Origin: Eledone cirrhosa
Lineage: Eukaryota
DNA: 64,000 bases
Assembly (NCBI GenBank): GCA_964016885.1
Contig: OZ024753.1
Coordinates: forward strand, 20,894,001 to 20,958,000
Direction: 5' to 3'
Shown here: positions 38,646 through 53,008 of the stretch, in pieces
Layout of the letters: every line of letters begins with the position of its first letter
Numbering within the stretch: the stretch's first letter is position 1
Notes under the pieces: model-generated
The model's database searches: none
What the model was told of the DNA's origin: nothing
What the model saw: the letters and a program-made list of their open reading frames with translations, nothing else
Position numbers and translations under genes: made by a program

Positions 38646-40490
38646 ATGAATGAGGTATGCTGTCGAATACCTTCTTGTAGTCTATCCAGGCCATTGACAG
38701 GTTTTTCTTTTTCTGTTTGCAATTTTCCATTATGAGTCTATTTATCAGTAGCTGATCTTTGCACCCATAACTCTCTCGTTTACAGCCTTTTTGTTCAGGT
38801 GGCAATAGATCTCCACAGACGAATTTATTGTAGACCCTGTTGGTAATCACTTATGTGAGGGCTTTGTATAACGTTGGGAGATATGTAATTGGTCTGTAGT
38901 TTGGGGGATTTTTCTGTGCCTTCATTCTTTGGTAGAAGATACGTTATGCCAGTTGTCATCCACCTTTTTGACTTCTCTTGGATTTGCTACAATCCTGGAG
39001 AATTCATGGAGCACATCCAGATGTTTCAGCCAGAAATTCTGCATGCTATCTCTGCCCAGTGATTTCCAGTTTCCAACATTGCTGACTGCTGTTTTTATTT
39101 CTTGTGAGGTGATCTTACTCCATTCCTAGGTGCAAGCAGGGATTTCCAATTGTCCCAGCCATGTGGAATTGGAGTTGTGGTCCTGAGTTTTTTCCCTGAT
39201 ATTTGCCAAAAAGTGTTCAACCTCATCAAGTTCAGGTGGTTGCCTTATTTCAATATTTTTCTTACCTAACTCCCTGTAAAATCTTTTGGCATCTTTGGCA
39301 AAGATTTTGTTTTGTTTAAAGAAGTTAGCTCTTTTTTTTTTTTTGCATCTTCTTAGTCTCTGCACTTTTGTCTGTATCTTTTGCTTGATTAATTCAGCAA
39401 TTTCTTTCCAGTCTCCTGTCTGGTTGGCCTTGTATTTTTTCTTCCTCAGCCTAGAAAGCTTTTGGGGTTGATGTCAGTTCCCTTATCTATTTCAGATACA
39501 AGAGTAACATCTCTCCTCAACTCTGTAATTTTGTTCTCCAGCTGTCTCTGCCATTTCGGTATTCCCTTTGTATTTATTTCCTTGTTCGTATTTTGGGTGC
39601 AGCTTGCCAGCAATCGTGGTTACAGTGGCATATAACAGCTGATTAATCTCATCAAGTGTCAGTGGTTTTCTGTGTTCGCCTCTGATTACCTCTAGTGTTT
39701 TGTTAGCTAGGTTAACCTTCTTTTTTAGTTGATGCATGACTTTGGGCACTTTCTGGAGTTTTGTCCGGTCTATCAATTCCTGCATTTTCAGAATCTCCGT
39801 CTCATGCAGAATATCTTCTTTCATTGTCCAGACAGCTGTATCAACCAGTGAGCCATCACTGGTTGATATTGAGGGAGTTTCTCATCTGTGTTTCAGTAAT
39901 ACTCTCCCCGTCTGCTTATGTTGTATGCAGGTCTCCTTCTTGACTAGGGTTGTTATGTTGCTCACTTATCTCTGCTTTGATGGTTTCCAGTTCTGATTTG
40001 GTGTCTCTTTAACATTAGCTAACCTATCCATGTCCATGTATTCTCTGGAGTTAGGGTTGGAATTACTCCTGATAGGAGACAGGATGGCAGTATAGTACGC
40101 AACCATCACTGCTTTGTATTCCTATCTGGTCCATGTTTGTCGTGGTTTTTTATGATGTACCTTGGTGTTGTCACCCTGTGGCTCATTGTGAGGTCTGTAC
40201 TCGGTATGAGGGTCGCTGGGAGTGTATTGGAGATGGTTGTTCCACTTGCTGATTTTTGGTGTGGGTCCTCACCCGATACAGTATGATTTACTTCTTGTTT
40301 GTACCATCATGTTGTTAAGAGGTTAGTTGTCTTTCTGGGTACTCTCCCATAGCCGCTGATCCTAGTATAGGTCTAGCCCATGTCCCAGTGGGGTTCGTGA
40401 TCCAATGAAGTGTCGAGTACCAAAACGATATTAACAGGGCATGGTGTCCCATTAAGGTTCCTCCATTCCCTACTACTGGCACTTGTTATT
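38646..40490 (-). mobile_element. Decayed R4/Dong-clade element, 5' half and RT start
   Basis: N-terminal WTR.EYKAVMVAYY; QNKIF..DAKRFYREL; LPPEQKGC...GCKDQLLI...AWIDYKKVFDSIPH. Confidence 0.85.
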
Positions 40491-42609
40491 GATTTTTCTC
40501 TAACTACCTCTCCTCAACAATACTTCCAGTTATGAAATATTGTAAGTTCATTAAACAGTAAATAACATGACAATCATATACCAAAATATTTTTATTATTA
40601 TTATTGTTAACTTTGCCTTTCATCCTTACGGGGTCGATAAAATAAAGCACCAGTAATACACTGGGATAATTGCTGGCCTTGTTCCAAAAGTAAAAACAAT
40701 TAATTATTGGTACATAACTTTGAATTTCATCTATTTGAAGTTTGTACTAGTACTGGGGTTGATTCTTCCTCTAAATCTCTTCCTCACTTCCCTTCTCTCT
40801 CTTTCTTTGGAAAACAATCTGCTGTATTCAGACCTGGAGAGGAGATGGGCTCTGCCAGGTCTAAAGAATGCTTTAAGACATGTTGTGTGTCAAATATTGT
40901 AATGCATTGCATTTATAGCAGTGAGCTACCATTATCACCACTCTACTATGTTTTCCTTTTATGAAACATTAAAAAGTTGATAAAAATAGAAAAAATCAAA
41001 GAATTTTAACTGTCTTTAAATAACTCCATTGAAGTTATGTGAAATAGTACATTAACAAATAACATATTGATTTATTACGCGTTTTTGGTTATTTTTGTTT
41101 TTAAAATTCCAACATTTTGATTTTTAAAGAAACCACTTTCTTTTCATAATCAAAGTATGGATTTCTAAATCTTTACAATTTAATTAATTTTATTCCTTGT
41201 TCTCTGGTGCATTGCGGGGGAGGGGGGGGGGGGGATAAAAAAACATAGCTATAAAGAAAGGAGACCAAATATTTAAAGACTTGAAGAAGTTGGATCATCA
41301 TTAATTTATTAACATTAGTTTTTCCCAAGAAGGCATTAGATGGATGGGTCTGCAATATAGCAACCTTTTGTCAATTATCTCAGATTTGCTTCATTTTAAT
41401 GTGATAATTACTATCCTGACATCTGAGGGGACTACTTCTTCCTCCTATGTGGATACCTTCTACCAGCACCACATTTTCATCTAGTGTTCCTCGCATCACA
41501 GTGTATGCATCTCTTTTGAATACTTCATCTCTTAACTTTAATATTCATCTGATTTCTCATCTCACTTGAACTCCATCTTTCTTTCATGCAGGTAAATAGT
41601 GATTTCAAGACCAGCATAAGGCAAAGTTGATTTAAATCAACCCCAGTACTTGACTGGTACTTTATTTTATCAACTCCAGAAGGATGAAAGGCAAAGTTGA
41701 CCTCAATTGGATTTGAACTCAGGATGTTAAGAGCCAGAATAAATAGCACAATGGCATTTTATCCGATGCTCTACCAATTCTCCAATCCATTATCCTTGTT
41801 AATGTTAAGCATGCAAGTTACCATTGTACATCAAAATAATGTCACATCTGAGTTGTGACTAGCAGATTGTATTAATAAGGAATAATAAATCAATGAAACA
41901 TAGTTTCTTGGATCTCATCTGATTAACTCTTTTTGACATTTTGTAGAATAGTTTAACACTTTTTCTTTTTAATAAATACACTTTTATTCCTAGAATATAA
42001 TTACATAAAAATAATTGAGCAGTGTCAAAAGCACAACACACTACTAAAGGGAACAGAAAAGAAAGGGAGAGGGGGAGGGGCGGATATTACACCCCAGTCT
42101 GAGTGGTGCTTCAGCGGTACCCTGTGGATAAAGTGGCATTGGTGTTACCATGAAGAATGGCCAGAGACACCTGCTGCAACAGCCCCCCACCCCACCTCAC
42201 AGGGCTCCCTCCTCAAGCAAATTGCCATCTTTTTCCCTTTTTTTATTTTAATAGCTTAGTAGTAAAATAACTAAGTCATGTGACAGTAGAACTGACTGCT
42301 GTCTAGCCATCATTGAAGGTGTTCATCCTTTTAATCCTTTCTTTACTGGATTTCTAACAGAATACACTGACTTTATTTCAAATAATTTTCTAAATAATCA
42401 TGCATTTGGAGGAATTTAATATAGCTAGCATATACACTGGAATATAAACCGAGGAATATGTGACCAAAAACTTGATAGTAAAATGGTGGGTCAGCTTATA
42501 TACACCATCTAAACAATATGTTCATCAGCTGCTTCAGCTTATAAAAAGGTTTGGATTTTTACCAATTTCTCAGACATAAAATAGGGGTTGGCTTATGTTC
42601 GAATCAGCT

Positions 42610-43082
42610 TGTAGTGACCTACAATCTGCGGGCTCACATGCATTCTCTGTGCGTGATTTGGCTCAGCTCAGCCAATCAGCGCCAGCAGAAGAGGATGTAT
42701 CCCTACGCGTCCTGAGAGAGAAATTACCCGCGAAGATTTGAAGAAAATCTCTCTCTCGCACCTGGGACTTCGAACCAGCAACACGTACATGTGACGGTGA
42801 GATTTTGCACCTTAACCTGCCGACTTTCCGGCGCAATGACACATTCCCTTTTGTAACCTCATTTTTATGTGTAACTTCAACCATACAAGTTAACCAACAT
42901 TATTTGTGCTACATTTCATCTCTAATTTCTGCTCTTGACATCCTTATTATGTTACTCGTGTCTCAATAACATTTAATTTACCATGTCGATTATTTGGCAA
43001 CCGGCTCTCTGTCAGTTCACTCACGAGTAAGTTTGTTAACCTTATTATATCGGTATCGAATTTAATTAGTGGTTGGCCTGCA
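42610..43082 (+). mobile_element. Probable solo LTR
   Basis: TGTAGTGACC...CTGCA termini; first ~90 bp resemble the LTR starting at 57826 (minus); no TSD seen. Confidence 0.5.
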
Positions 43083-43701
43083 GTGGCATTTACCAAAGTA
43101 AATAACCCTGTGACCAATTCCCTAAAAGCTTATATCCAAGCATATAAAAGTTTTTCTTTTGTAAGCTGATATTTAGAATGTAACAAAAATAAGGGGGATA
43201 AACAGTTTTAAATGAACAGTTTTGTATCACAAACCCAGAGAAATTTCAGGGAGTTTGACATAAAAAAAGTGATGTGTAAGGATTGAAGTCTTTGAAATAT
43301 CCTTGTGAACTTAAACTGTACAAGTGATATTTTAATAGAAGCTTAAAGGCCACACAATCTTAACCATATGTCAATTAAGTACGACATTTAAACAGCTGGA
43401 TATTATATATGTATCAAGCGTTAACCTAATATATCCTTTCCATATACTGTACCGATTGTGTTGTTATTTCTGTTTACATTATATATATATATATATATAA
43501 TATTAAGGATACTATTTATAGTTATGTTATTTTAAACTTTTTATAGTTATGTATATTTTAAACTATAAACAGGGAAGGTCAGTAATTTATTACTACCTTA
43601 TTACCAGTAAAATAAATAGCTCAATGTAAGAACATCAGTTGTTCTACAGAGTAATTATATAGAATTCACAAGGATCAAAGCTATGTTCAAAGCATTTATT
43701 C

Positions 43702-43746
43702 ACTTACAATTATTTCATCCAAACCTAGGCTTGAAGTCTTCAGAGC
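43702..43746 (-). ncRNA. Minimal type I HHR in PLE 3' pseudo-LTR
   Basis: gcu CUGAAGA c-uucaagcc-ua-gguuugga-u GAA auaauugu A agu. Confidence 0.75.
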
Positions 43747-46700
43747 ATTTTTCAATGCTTGTACATATAATTGACCTCCTATCCAACACAAGAGACATAC
43801 AGATACATCATCATCATTTAACGTCCATCTTCCACGCTTGCATCGGTTTGGAACATATATATACAATATATATACATACATATATATTGATGTACAGTGG
43901 AGTGACATATATTATACTATACTATACTATACTATATTTGTATAGCAATTCAAATTTAAAATCAAAATTAAAATACATGCGGCAGATAACACAGATAATG
44001 CAAGAGGATAGTTCGATAATCAGATCTAGTAGATAGTGTATGCGTTAGTCATACATGGAGCATGCAAGCGTGTCTCATTTATATACGAGTATTGTGTGGC
44101 AAGGTATTACATGTAATACAAGCACTTTAAGCGGGTAAGCAAGAGTATTATGGTGGTTGTAGTGGGAGGGTATTTTTTGTATAGAACAAAAAAGTATGTG
44201 TGCAGAAAAAGAAAAAGAAAGTTATAGTTTTCGCATCCACCACCATTTTCACATTCAGAAAAAGGAAGTTATAGTTTTCACATCCATCACATATGTTACA
44301 ATGAATTCGTATTGAATGTTTGATCTAGTAAATGATTGTAACGTATTGAGGCTCAGTGTTATTTAATCCATATTTATAGAATAGGTTCTTTCTGCTGCGA
44401 GAATTTACAGTGGTTTATTATCCAGAAGTAGGTGTGTAATTAAGGAGAGTTAATGTGTAAGTGGAGATAACTAGCTGATTCTCATAACTAAATTCATTGT
44501 CTTAACATACATTATATGGTGCCTCAATTGAGTCCCTTATATAAAAGGTTATATATTTATATTTAATTTTAAATACAGTCTACTCTATCATAATGTATTA
44601 AAGGTATCTATAGGAAGTTGATTAGTCCTTATTATATAGCGCTATAATTGAATCTCCCACACAAAGTGCTATATCTTTATATCAAAATTCACTGTAAATA
44701 CAGTATACTCTCAAAACATATCAAAGGACCAATTAGAGTTTTGTCTACTTGGTAAGCTATGGAGCAGCATACGGCTGTTTGCATGATAAAATCAAATACA
44801 TCCCTCATTTACAATGTCATTAATCCATCCATTAAGTTATACATGCATATATAATTCATATATAATTGCACCACCCTACATATAAGTTAGACAGATCCCT
44901 TATGTTAATAAATTAATCCTATATATATCTAATGTTATTACTCTATACATTTAATTACAGATGCATATATAATTCATTGTTGTATCTAGTATTTAAAGTT
45001 TATATAGACTGTATTATATTTCAATCCCTATATAATTATAAGTAATTAAAAGTAATTATATTAAAAGTTGGTGTTTATGGGGATATTTCTAAGGTATAAA
45101 GTTATAGATAGATAGAATGATTTGTGTCGAGGAAAGGGTGGATCAGAGAGTGTGGTGTAGTGGTTGAAGGCAAGCCCTTGAGGTGTGGTGTTAGAAGCAG
45201 TGATGGGTTCAAGTCTGACATTGTTATATATTAGGTTTAAAGCTTTGGAAGGAGTGTCGGAAGCGGTGCTGGCACGATGCAAACACTTCCGATTTTTTAT
45301 TAAGGAGGTTTATGTTCGAAAAGATTATAGTATGAGTCTCTAGTAGACAGAGGTTACAAAATTTATTAGGTGGTTTGTACGATGCCGCCTTACCTATCAC
45401 TTCCCATTGAAGTGTATACGATCTATTTCTAGTTTTCAGATAGTGGATGTAGCTAGATAGTGAAGTGGAGTTGGCTAGACTGTGTTTTTTGAAAGAATGG
45501 AGATGTGAGTTGTATTTCGTTTTGAAGCAGTTTGAAGTAGAGCCTATATAGGTTTCAGAAGAGTTGCTAGTTCTGACCATGCATGAATAGATGATGTCCT
45601 TGATTAAGCAGTTTTTACCTCAAGGGCAAGTTCTATTAGATCTACAGTTACATTTATTTTGGATGTTAACCTGTCGGTTATTATGTAGTGTAGAAGTCTG
45701 GTTGCTAGGTATTGCATTATGGCTATGAAGGTTGTCGCTCCTAATGCTATTGATTTCATTAGTGTTATTACTATTATTACTATTGATATCAGGGTTTGTA
45801 GTTATTACGTTGTTTTGAAAGTTTACCCCCTGCTGTGTTTTAGTTTGTTGAAAGTAAGTATTAAGCTTTCTTTTATTGCTACTAGCTATGTGGTATGCTA
45901 TGTTAGGCGTGGTAGAGTAGTAGATTTTAATGGTGTTTTTATTTATAAGACTATGGTACTTGTGGCCAGATGGGAAGTTTTTATCCAGGATTGAGAAGAA
46001 AGCCTTAGGTAGGTTGGTAGAGACGTTTAGATTGAGAGGGGGGTTGAAAAATGTATTAGTTCTTCTTCTATTTTTGTTTTTTATATCTGTTGAGCTGTTT
46101 CCGTTTATGGTATTTTGGTGTCTTCTCTGGTGCGAGTTACGTTTGTTGCTACCCTTCATATTAGTGTGTGTGTGGTTATTACTCTTATTACTATTTTTTC
46201 CTCATGGACATATTGTGAGAAATAATGTTGTAACTATGTGTTTTTATAGGAAGGAACTCAATCTCATTATTATGGCCTGATCTAGCTAATGCCTGATTAT
46301 AGTATTGTGAGTTTTTGCTAAATATGGTTTCGTCATAAGATAGATTAGAGATTCTATTGGATATTCCTTTAGAGATAGAGTTTAATATTGATCTAGGGTG
46401 GTTAGACTTGGTATCTACATAAATTAGTTTTTCGTTAGGTTTATGGAATGATGTATATATTTTAGAGTCTAGGTAAAGGAAGTTAATGCTTAAGTACGCG
46501 CTTAAAGTGCTTGTATTACATGTAATACCTTGCCATACAATAGTCGTATATAAATGAGACACGCTTTCATGCTCCATGTATGACTAACGCATATACTATC
46601 TACTAGATCTGTTTATCGAACTATCCTCTTGCATTATCTGTGTTATCTGCCGCATGTATTTTAATTTTGATTTTAAATTTGAATTGCTATATAAATATAG

Positions 46701-46808
46701 TATAGTATAATATATGTCACTCCACTGTACATCAATATATATATATATATATCTGTATGTCTCTTGCGTTGGATAGGAGGTCAATTATATGTACAAGCAT
46801 TGAAAAAT

Positions 46809-46853
46809 GCTCCGAAGACTCCAAGCCTAGGTTTAGATGAAACAATTGTAAGT
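46809..46853 (+). ncRNA. HHR in the inverted pseudo-LTR (U4C substitution)
   Basis: gcu CCGAAGA ... GAA ACAAUUGU A agu; palindromic helix III. Confidence 0.6.
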
Positions 46854-46888
46854 GAATAAATGCTTTGAACATAGCTTTGATTCTTGTG

Positions 46889-46952
<64 letters not shown>

Positions 46953-47139
46953 TTAAACGATATACAAACATTTTCATATATCTTGTTCATAACTAGATAT
47001 ATGAAAAAGATTTTTTTCTATATTGGTATAAATTATGTGCTCTGAGCTGAATGCTCATTGAGCTTTTCTTGTTGAGTAACTTAATCAATATACACTGTAT
47101 ATGTATAGATTTGATTCTAATTATTGTGTGTATGTATAT

Positions 47140-47820
47140 ATAGGGAAGGTAAAATTACTGAGATCCATGGGCGAGTTTTCTCCAGCAGCCTCTGTCCTTC
47201 ATCATCGCCACTATGTCCAGAGTCAGCCCTTAGGGCATCAATATATGTCAACCTAGGTCTCCCTGTTCCAGTGTGACTGTGTAGGGGTTCCCACAGGAGC
47301 ACTGAGTGCAGTGTCATCTCTGAATGTCGGTGAGCATGTCCAGCTAACCTCAGTCTCCTCTGTGTTACTTTCGAGCTGACTTTTGAGAGGCTCCCATACA
47401 GCTCTGAGTTCTTCATCCTCAGTGTATACTGATTAATGTTCAGAGCCATCCTCAGCATTCTCGTGTAGCACCCATCCACCATCTGAGTGAGTTTCTTGGT
47501 CAGTGTCCAAATCTCAGACCCGTACAGCAGCACAGACTCCACTGCAGCAACGAAGAGACGAATCTTCAGGTCTCAACGAAGGTCCAACTTCTGCACCGAT
47601 CTCAAACTGTGACACGCCACCCAGGCTTTGCTCTTCCTCCCAAACACATCATTCTCTGTGTTCCCGATCTTTGTTCCAAGATACAGGAAGTCCTCAACCA
47701 ACTCTAGTGGCTTCCTGCCTACATTCATAATCTTCTCTGGCTTCTTAATGTTCTCTACCACATACTTCGTCATCCTCTAATTCATTCTCACCCTCACACT
47801 CTGCGACAGTCTCCACCTCC
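47140..47820 (-). mobile_element. Older RTE family B 3' fragment
   Basis: FLYLG, ESVLLYGSEIWTL, RRLRLAGH; similar to 9781-10480. Confidence 0.85.
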
Positions 47821-47966
47821 TAAAATCCTAAAATTGGAGGTATTTGATTCAGAGTCAGCCTGCATCCAGTTAATTAGATTGACCACCCCCTAATTTTTTT
47901 ATTTTTTATTTTTTGTCTCCGTGTACCCAGCTTGTGTTACCATGATTCCTTTATTACTTATGCAAT

Positions 47967-48019
47967 GAACCTGATGATGTCACTGAAATTCTACTGGCCA
48001 TTGAAATACATGTAGTGTC
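47967..48019 (+). ncRNA. Degenerate HHR (22.7-kb family)
   Basis: gaac CUGAUGA ... GAA auacaugu A guguc; helix II decayed; 48345-48435 resembles the reverse complement of 22502-22590. Confidence 0.5.
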
Positions 48020-48456
48020 TACAAAAAACCCTTTAGCATTCACATTATTTTATATATACTATTATATTTTCATGGTAAAGGCTTTACCTCACATAATATC
48101 GAATCTATAAGATTTTGAAAGTATTTATTTTGAGAACAATAGCTTAACATCAGTTTGAGTGACCAGTTACAGCCAGTTTCAACAGAGATAGGTAGAGAAT
48201 TCTGGCTGATTTTGGCCGGTTTTGGCCAGTTTGAACACTAAAGGGTTAAAGGAATTTCAATTTTCTGTCCTCCTGTCGCTTTATTCAATAATATTTAATA
48301 ATATTCACACACCACCAACAGAATCTTACACCAAAGATGACTGATCACGTTGGGTGCTTTTCCTACTATTGTATCATGGTTACTTATATGGAATACCAGT
48401 TCTATCCAGTGGTGAATCACCAACTTCAATGAATGTGTATATATATGTATATATAC

Positions 48457-49052
48457 GTGATGTGCATGAAAGACGACGGCTGTATAAAAAAGTGCAGGGC
48501 GATCAAAATTGATGGTAGTTACGGAGTAGGTAGACCCAGATAAACCTGGGACAATTTGATAAATTCCGACCTTATACACTTGCACCTCTCTAAGACAATG
48601 TCACTGGACCGAGATCTTAATACAGAAGACCCGCCTTGCCTATGTACAAAGCGAAACCTACAGTCAGTAGGCACCTCTTAACCAAATATACACCACAATC
48701 CACTACCCCTACCCTATCCTCCCACTCCCACCAACACCACTTTCTCTCTGTAAAGTTGGTACCACAACATCCAGTCCAAATAAATGAGATAATGAGATCA
48801 AGATCGTGTAGGTGTCACGACAAAAAACACAGTCCACGCTGCAATGTGGTTGTGTAGGTAACACGGTAAAAAGTTCCCAGTTCCACACTGGTGTTAGGAA
48901 GGGCATCCAGCTGTAGCAAACCTGCCAGATAGTCCTATATGAGCGAGACACGGTCACCCGACCAACCTTGACTCAAATTGGGACAACTCCCGTCTAACCC
49001 ATGTTAGCGTAGAAAATGGACGTTAAACGATGATGATGATGATGATGATGAT
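48457..49052 (+). mobile_element. Diverged RTE family A 3' end
   Basis: Matches 8612-9210; (GAT)n tail. Confidence 0.85.
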
Positions 49053-49499
49053 ATGCCACATGCAATGTCTATCTTTTCTGTTAACCTGCCTACAGTTTCA
49101 CTACACCTCTTACATTTACATGTTTTACATTGAATATTTGTAAAAAGTTAAATAAGACAGTAAAACAAACAATAAGTTTGAAAAAACAAGTGTCTACATA
49201 AGAATAAAAATCCAAATGAAATAAACAGAGCCAGATTTAAAATTAGTGGGACCCTAAACCACAAGAAAGCTTTGAAAACTCTTGATAAAGTCTCACAAAA
49301 TATTGAAAACATATATGCCATTAATTATCATGCAGTTTGGGAGGTCCTGAGCTGTAACTTATTTAGATTATGCATAAATCTAGCATGGGACATATACTCA
49401 AGTATAAGTCCACTCCCACCCCTTATTTTATGTCTGAGAAAATCCAAATCCTATTTATAAACCAAAGTAGCTAATCATCACTAATGACGATGGCTTTGT

Positions 49500-49795
49500 A
49501 CCTAGAAAATTCCCCACCACAGTACAAGCCTAGACAAGGTTGTGGAAGAGCATCAGTCGCCCATGCATACCAGTCTCCCTTTTCAATGCCACCAATCCTG
49601 TCCAAGGGAAAGGCAATGGCTGGTACAGCTTGGCTCCAGTGACGTTGAAATTCATTTCAACAGCTGATTAAACTGGAGCAACATGAAATAAAGTGTCTTG
49701 CTCAAGGACACAACACATTACCAAGTCCAAGAATCAAACTCACAATGTTTCAATTGTGAGCCCAATGCTGTAACCACTAAGCCATAAGCTTTCAC
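49500..49795 (-). mobile_element. tRNA-derived SINE (same head, different body)
   Basis: Head matches 2470-2600. Confidence 0.7.
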
Positions 49796-50799
49796 AAATT
49801 TCTCCTCCAACTAATGTTTCAGGCAGAAACTTTAGTTGGAGGAGAAATAAGAAGTGATTGATGTGTAACACTTAGTTAACACTCACCATGTTAACCTATA
49901 GTACACATCCCAACAGAATGACTGGAAAAATAAATTGACCCCTTTTGATACCAAACTGTTTGAAACTGGTCTTAGTTCTATAGAAAAACTAACATCATAA
50001 CTATATGTAAGAACTTTTGTTTAGTTATATTCCAAATACCAGCTTGATAATGAGTCATATTGTCGGTTTTTTTCCCCGTAACTCCTGTTGGAACAGTAGG
50101 GCACCGTATTGATATGCAGTAGTCCAAGGGCATTTTTTATACTTACATCAGATTCTTCCAGAAAAGGATAAAAAGAATTGAAGTGAGAAAGAGATATTGA
50201 GGAAGAATCGACCCCAATACTAGACTGGTATTTTTTTATCGACCTTGAACCAATAAAAGGCAAAGTTGACCTCATTGTCACATTACTAAACAGTGTCTTT
50301 TCTGAGGAAATATGGTAACAAAAGGACTAAGAAGTCATTTCTCAGTGCTTTATCTTTGTTAACAAGAGAAGGACAACTATAGACATGTTTCAATATATTA
50401 GATTTCATCAGCATAGCATAGTCTAATTAAACCTGCCAATCAGTTGTCAAAGCTCATTTTATTCTAACCAAAAATTATTCTATCTAAAAGTGTAAGGGAA
50501 ATACTTCAAATTCTTATCATTATCATACATCTGCTTTTTATACTGGCATGGGTTGGACATGTTTTCTGGTGCAGTGCTTTATGGCCTGCTGCCCTTCCTG
50601 CTATCTTTCACATGAAAACATTATATGAAGAGAATAGTTTTTCTAGTGAAACAGTTAACTTATTAAGGATGTTATGGAGATGTTTTCATTTTAGTTGCTC
50701 ATTGTATGTGTCATAAACTGTCTTATGACTCACATCTACAGTAGAGGTTTCGTTCCCTGCTGAGTCACATTTTCTTTTATGGCAACCTTACAGTAACAA

Positions 50800-51400
50800 T
50801 GATATAGAAATAATCCCAGTGGAAGGAAGCCGCAGTAGAGGAAGACCAACCAAGGAAGACTTGTATGGAAGAGGTTAGAACTGATCTTAAGTCGCTAAAA
50901 TTCATGAAGGAGATGATAAAGAATGTGACAGGAGGAGAGTTGCAGCACTGAGAAGGACCCCACCAACCCATACAAGCATAGAACAACAGATGTAAAATGA
51001 TGATGATTATTATGATGTAAAGTGGGCATGTAGGCATCATGGCAAAAAGCAGCCACTCTACACTGTAAAGTGGTCACGTAGGTGTCACGTCAAAAGGCTC
51101 CCAGTCCACACTGTAAAGGGGCCATGTAGGTGTCACGCCAAAAGGCTTCCAGTCTACACTGTAAAGTGGTCATGTAGGCGTCACGACAACAAGTGCTCTG
51201 CCCACACTGTAAAGTGATTGTGTAGGCATCATGATAAAAGTGTCCAGTACACACTGTAAATGTTATTGGAGTTAAGAAGGGCATCCAGCTGTAGAAATCC
51301 AGCCAGAAACAGTTCTCTATAAGTAAGACATGGTCACCTGATCTGACTTGTTTATCCCATGATAGTGTGGAAAAATAGACGTTAAACTGTGATGATGATG
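50800..51400 (+). mobile_element. Old RTE 3' end / SINE tail with ~39-bp tandem repeats
   Basis: RGRPRKT motif; CACTGTAAAG..GTAGG.GTCACG units at 51016-51260. Confidence 0.65.
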
Positions 51401-51769
51401 ACTACTGTGCAGTTATTTCAACAATATCTGTAAACTAGCAATACAAAGAACAAATTGTCAACAAATGTATTCACTTATCTTTTGTGAACATTTTGATATG
51501 TACAAAGACTGCAAAAATGAGTGACGAAAAATCAAAGAAAATTATTCTTCTCTCTTGAACATGAAAGCAGACAAGGCGTCTTAATGGCTTCTAGCTAAAC
51601 TACTGTAGTACCATATACTTTGAAATTACCAATCCCAGATGAAAATCAGTCAGCTGCTAAAGAAACTGATACACACATATTCATCATTCCCTTCCTCTCT
51701 CTCCCTCTCTGTCTATCACCAACTATAGCCATTATGTATAAAATATATATATATATATATATATACATA

Positions 51770-52170
51770 TCATCATCATCACCGTCCATTCTTCCACGCT
51801 AGCATGGGTTAGACGGGTTGTCCTGTTGCTCATACGGGAACTGATTCAGGCTTGATTTCTACAGCTGGATGCCCTTCCTAACACCAACCTCATTTACAGT
51901 GAGTGCTGGGTGCTTTTTTTCTGTGGCGCCTACACGTCCACTTTACAGTGTGGGCTGGGTGCTTTTTTGCCGTGGCACCTCCACGACCACTTTACAGTGG
52001 AATGATAGGGACCCCAGTCCTATCATCTCATTTCTACAGCTGAGTAAACTGGAGCAATGTGAAATAAAGTGTCTTACTCAAGGAAACAACACATCACCCG
52101 GTCCGAGAATTGAACTCACAACCTTTCGATTGCAAGCCCAATGCTCTAACCACTTAGCCATACGCCTTCA
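51770..52170 (-). mobile_element. tRNA-derived SINE
   Basis: Same architecture as 2259-2605. Confidence 0.85.
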
Positions 52171-52907
52171 TAAGCATTCTAACCATCCTGCCAGCATAAC
52201 CAAGAACCTGGTAAGAAACGTTTCTTTGAGGCTTTCCCGTCTATCTACAAACTAGCATATTTTCAACGACCATTCCACATATTACATGGAAGCTCTTGTT
52301 CGGAGTGGATTTGTCGATAAGGTAGCATATACAGAGTACGAGAATAGACCTAGGAAAAATAGATCCCGACGCATTATATGGTATAACCTACCATATAATA
52401 TGGAGGTGGCCACACCATTAGCTAAGATCTTTCTCTCCCTTATTATGAAGCATCCCTCCTCCCCAGCACATAAATATAGTAACATTTTTAATAGAAATAC
52501 CATTACGACTTCAGTTACGTGGTTTTGTCTTTGCGTGTAATTGTTCTCATTCTTCCACATAATGACGTATTATCTTCGTTTTTTCCGTTCATTGCCAGAG
52601 AACGTCTCTATGAACCACCTAATAGAGTATTAGTCTACGGCTTCATTTATACCATAAACGTTGTTTTGTCTTTGCGTGTAATTGTTTTCTCCGCTCCAAA
52701 TAATGACGTATTCCTCGTTTTTTTTTCGTTCTTTGCCAGGGAACGTTTCCACGAACCAAAGTATCGTCTTCCTGTCGTCCTTCGGTTGCAACGTTTTTTG
52801 AAATATTTACTTCTGCGTTCACAGATTGACTTTTTTAGTTTCGGAAGATCCCGTTAAGGGTGAAAGCAGCGATTCTTTGCTTAAACTTTAATCTGTTATT
52901 TTAATAA

Positions 52908-52910
<3 letters not shown>
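52171..52910 (+). mobile_element. Internally deleted inverted copy of the adjacent PLE
   Basis: KHSNHPASITKNLV...FNRNTI joined at ~52506 directly to the pseudo-LTR. Confidence 0.85.
52837..52887 (+). ncRNA. HHR-like motif with non-canonical position 4 (mirror copy 53034-53083 minus)
   Basis: aguuu CGGAAGA u-ccc-guuaa-ggg-u GAA agca-loop-ugcu U aaacu. Confidence 0.55.
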
Positions 52911-53002
<92 letters not shown>

Positions 53003-53008
53003 ATATAT

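Larger units (their letters stand above)
43660..46895 (-). mobile_element. 5'-truncated PLE (Hydra-like) with inverted pseudo-LTR at its 5' junction
   Basis: 46490-45224 minus: FHKPNEKLIYV..SNHP, FFNPP, CNCRSNRTCP, YIGSTSNCFK, CNLCLLE; 43660-44135 inverted at 46495-46895. Confidence 0.9.

Noticed and set aside
40330-40490. HDV-like ribozyme at the R4/Dong 5' end (GGTACTC/GAGTACC pairing)
   Set aside because: P3/L3 spacing and the catalytic C do not fit
51016-51260. CRISPR-like array
   Set aside because: Degenerate contiguous ~39-bp tandem repeats of a LINE/SINE 3' UTR in eukaryotic DNA; no unique spacers, no cas genes
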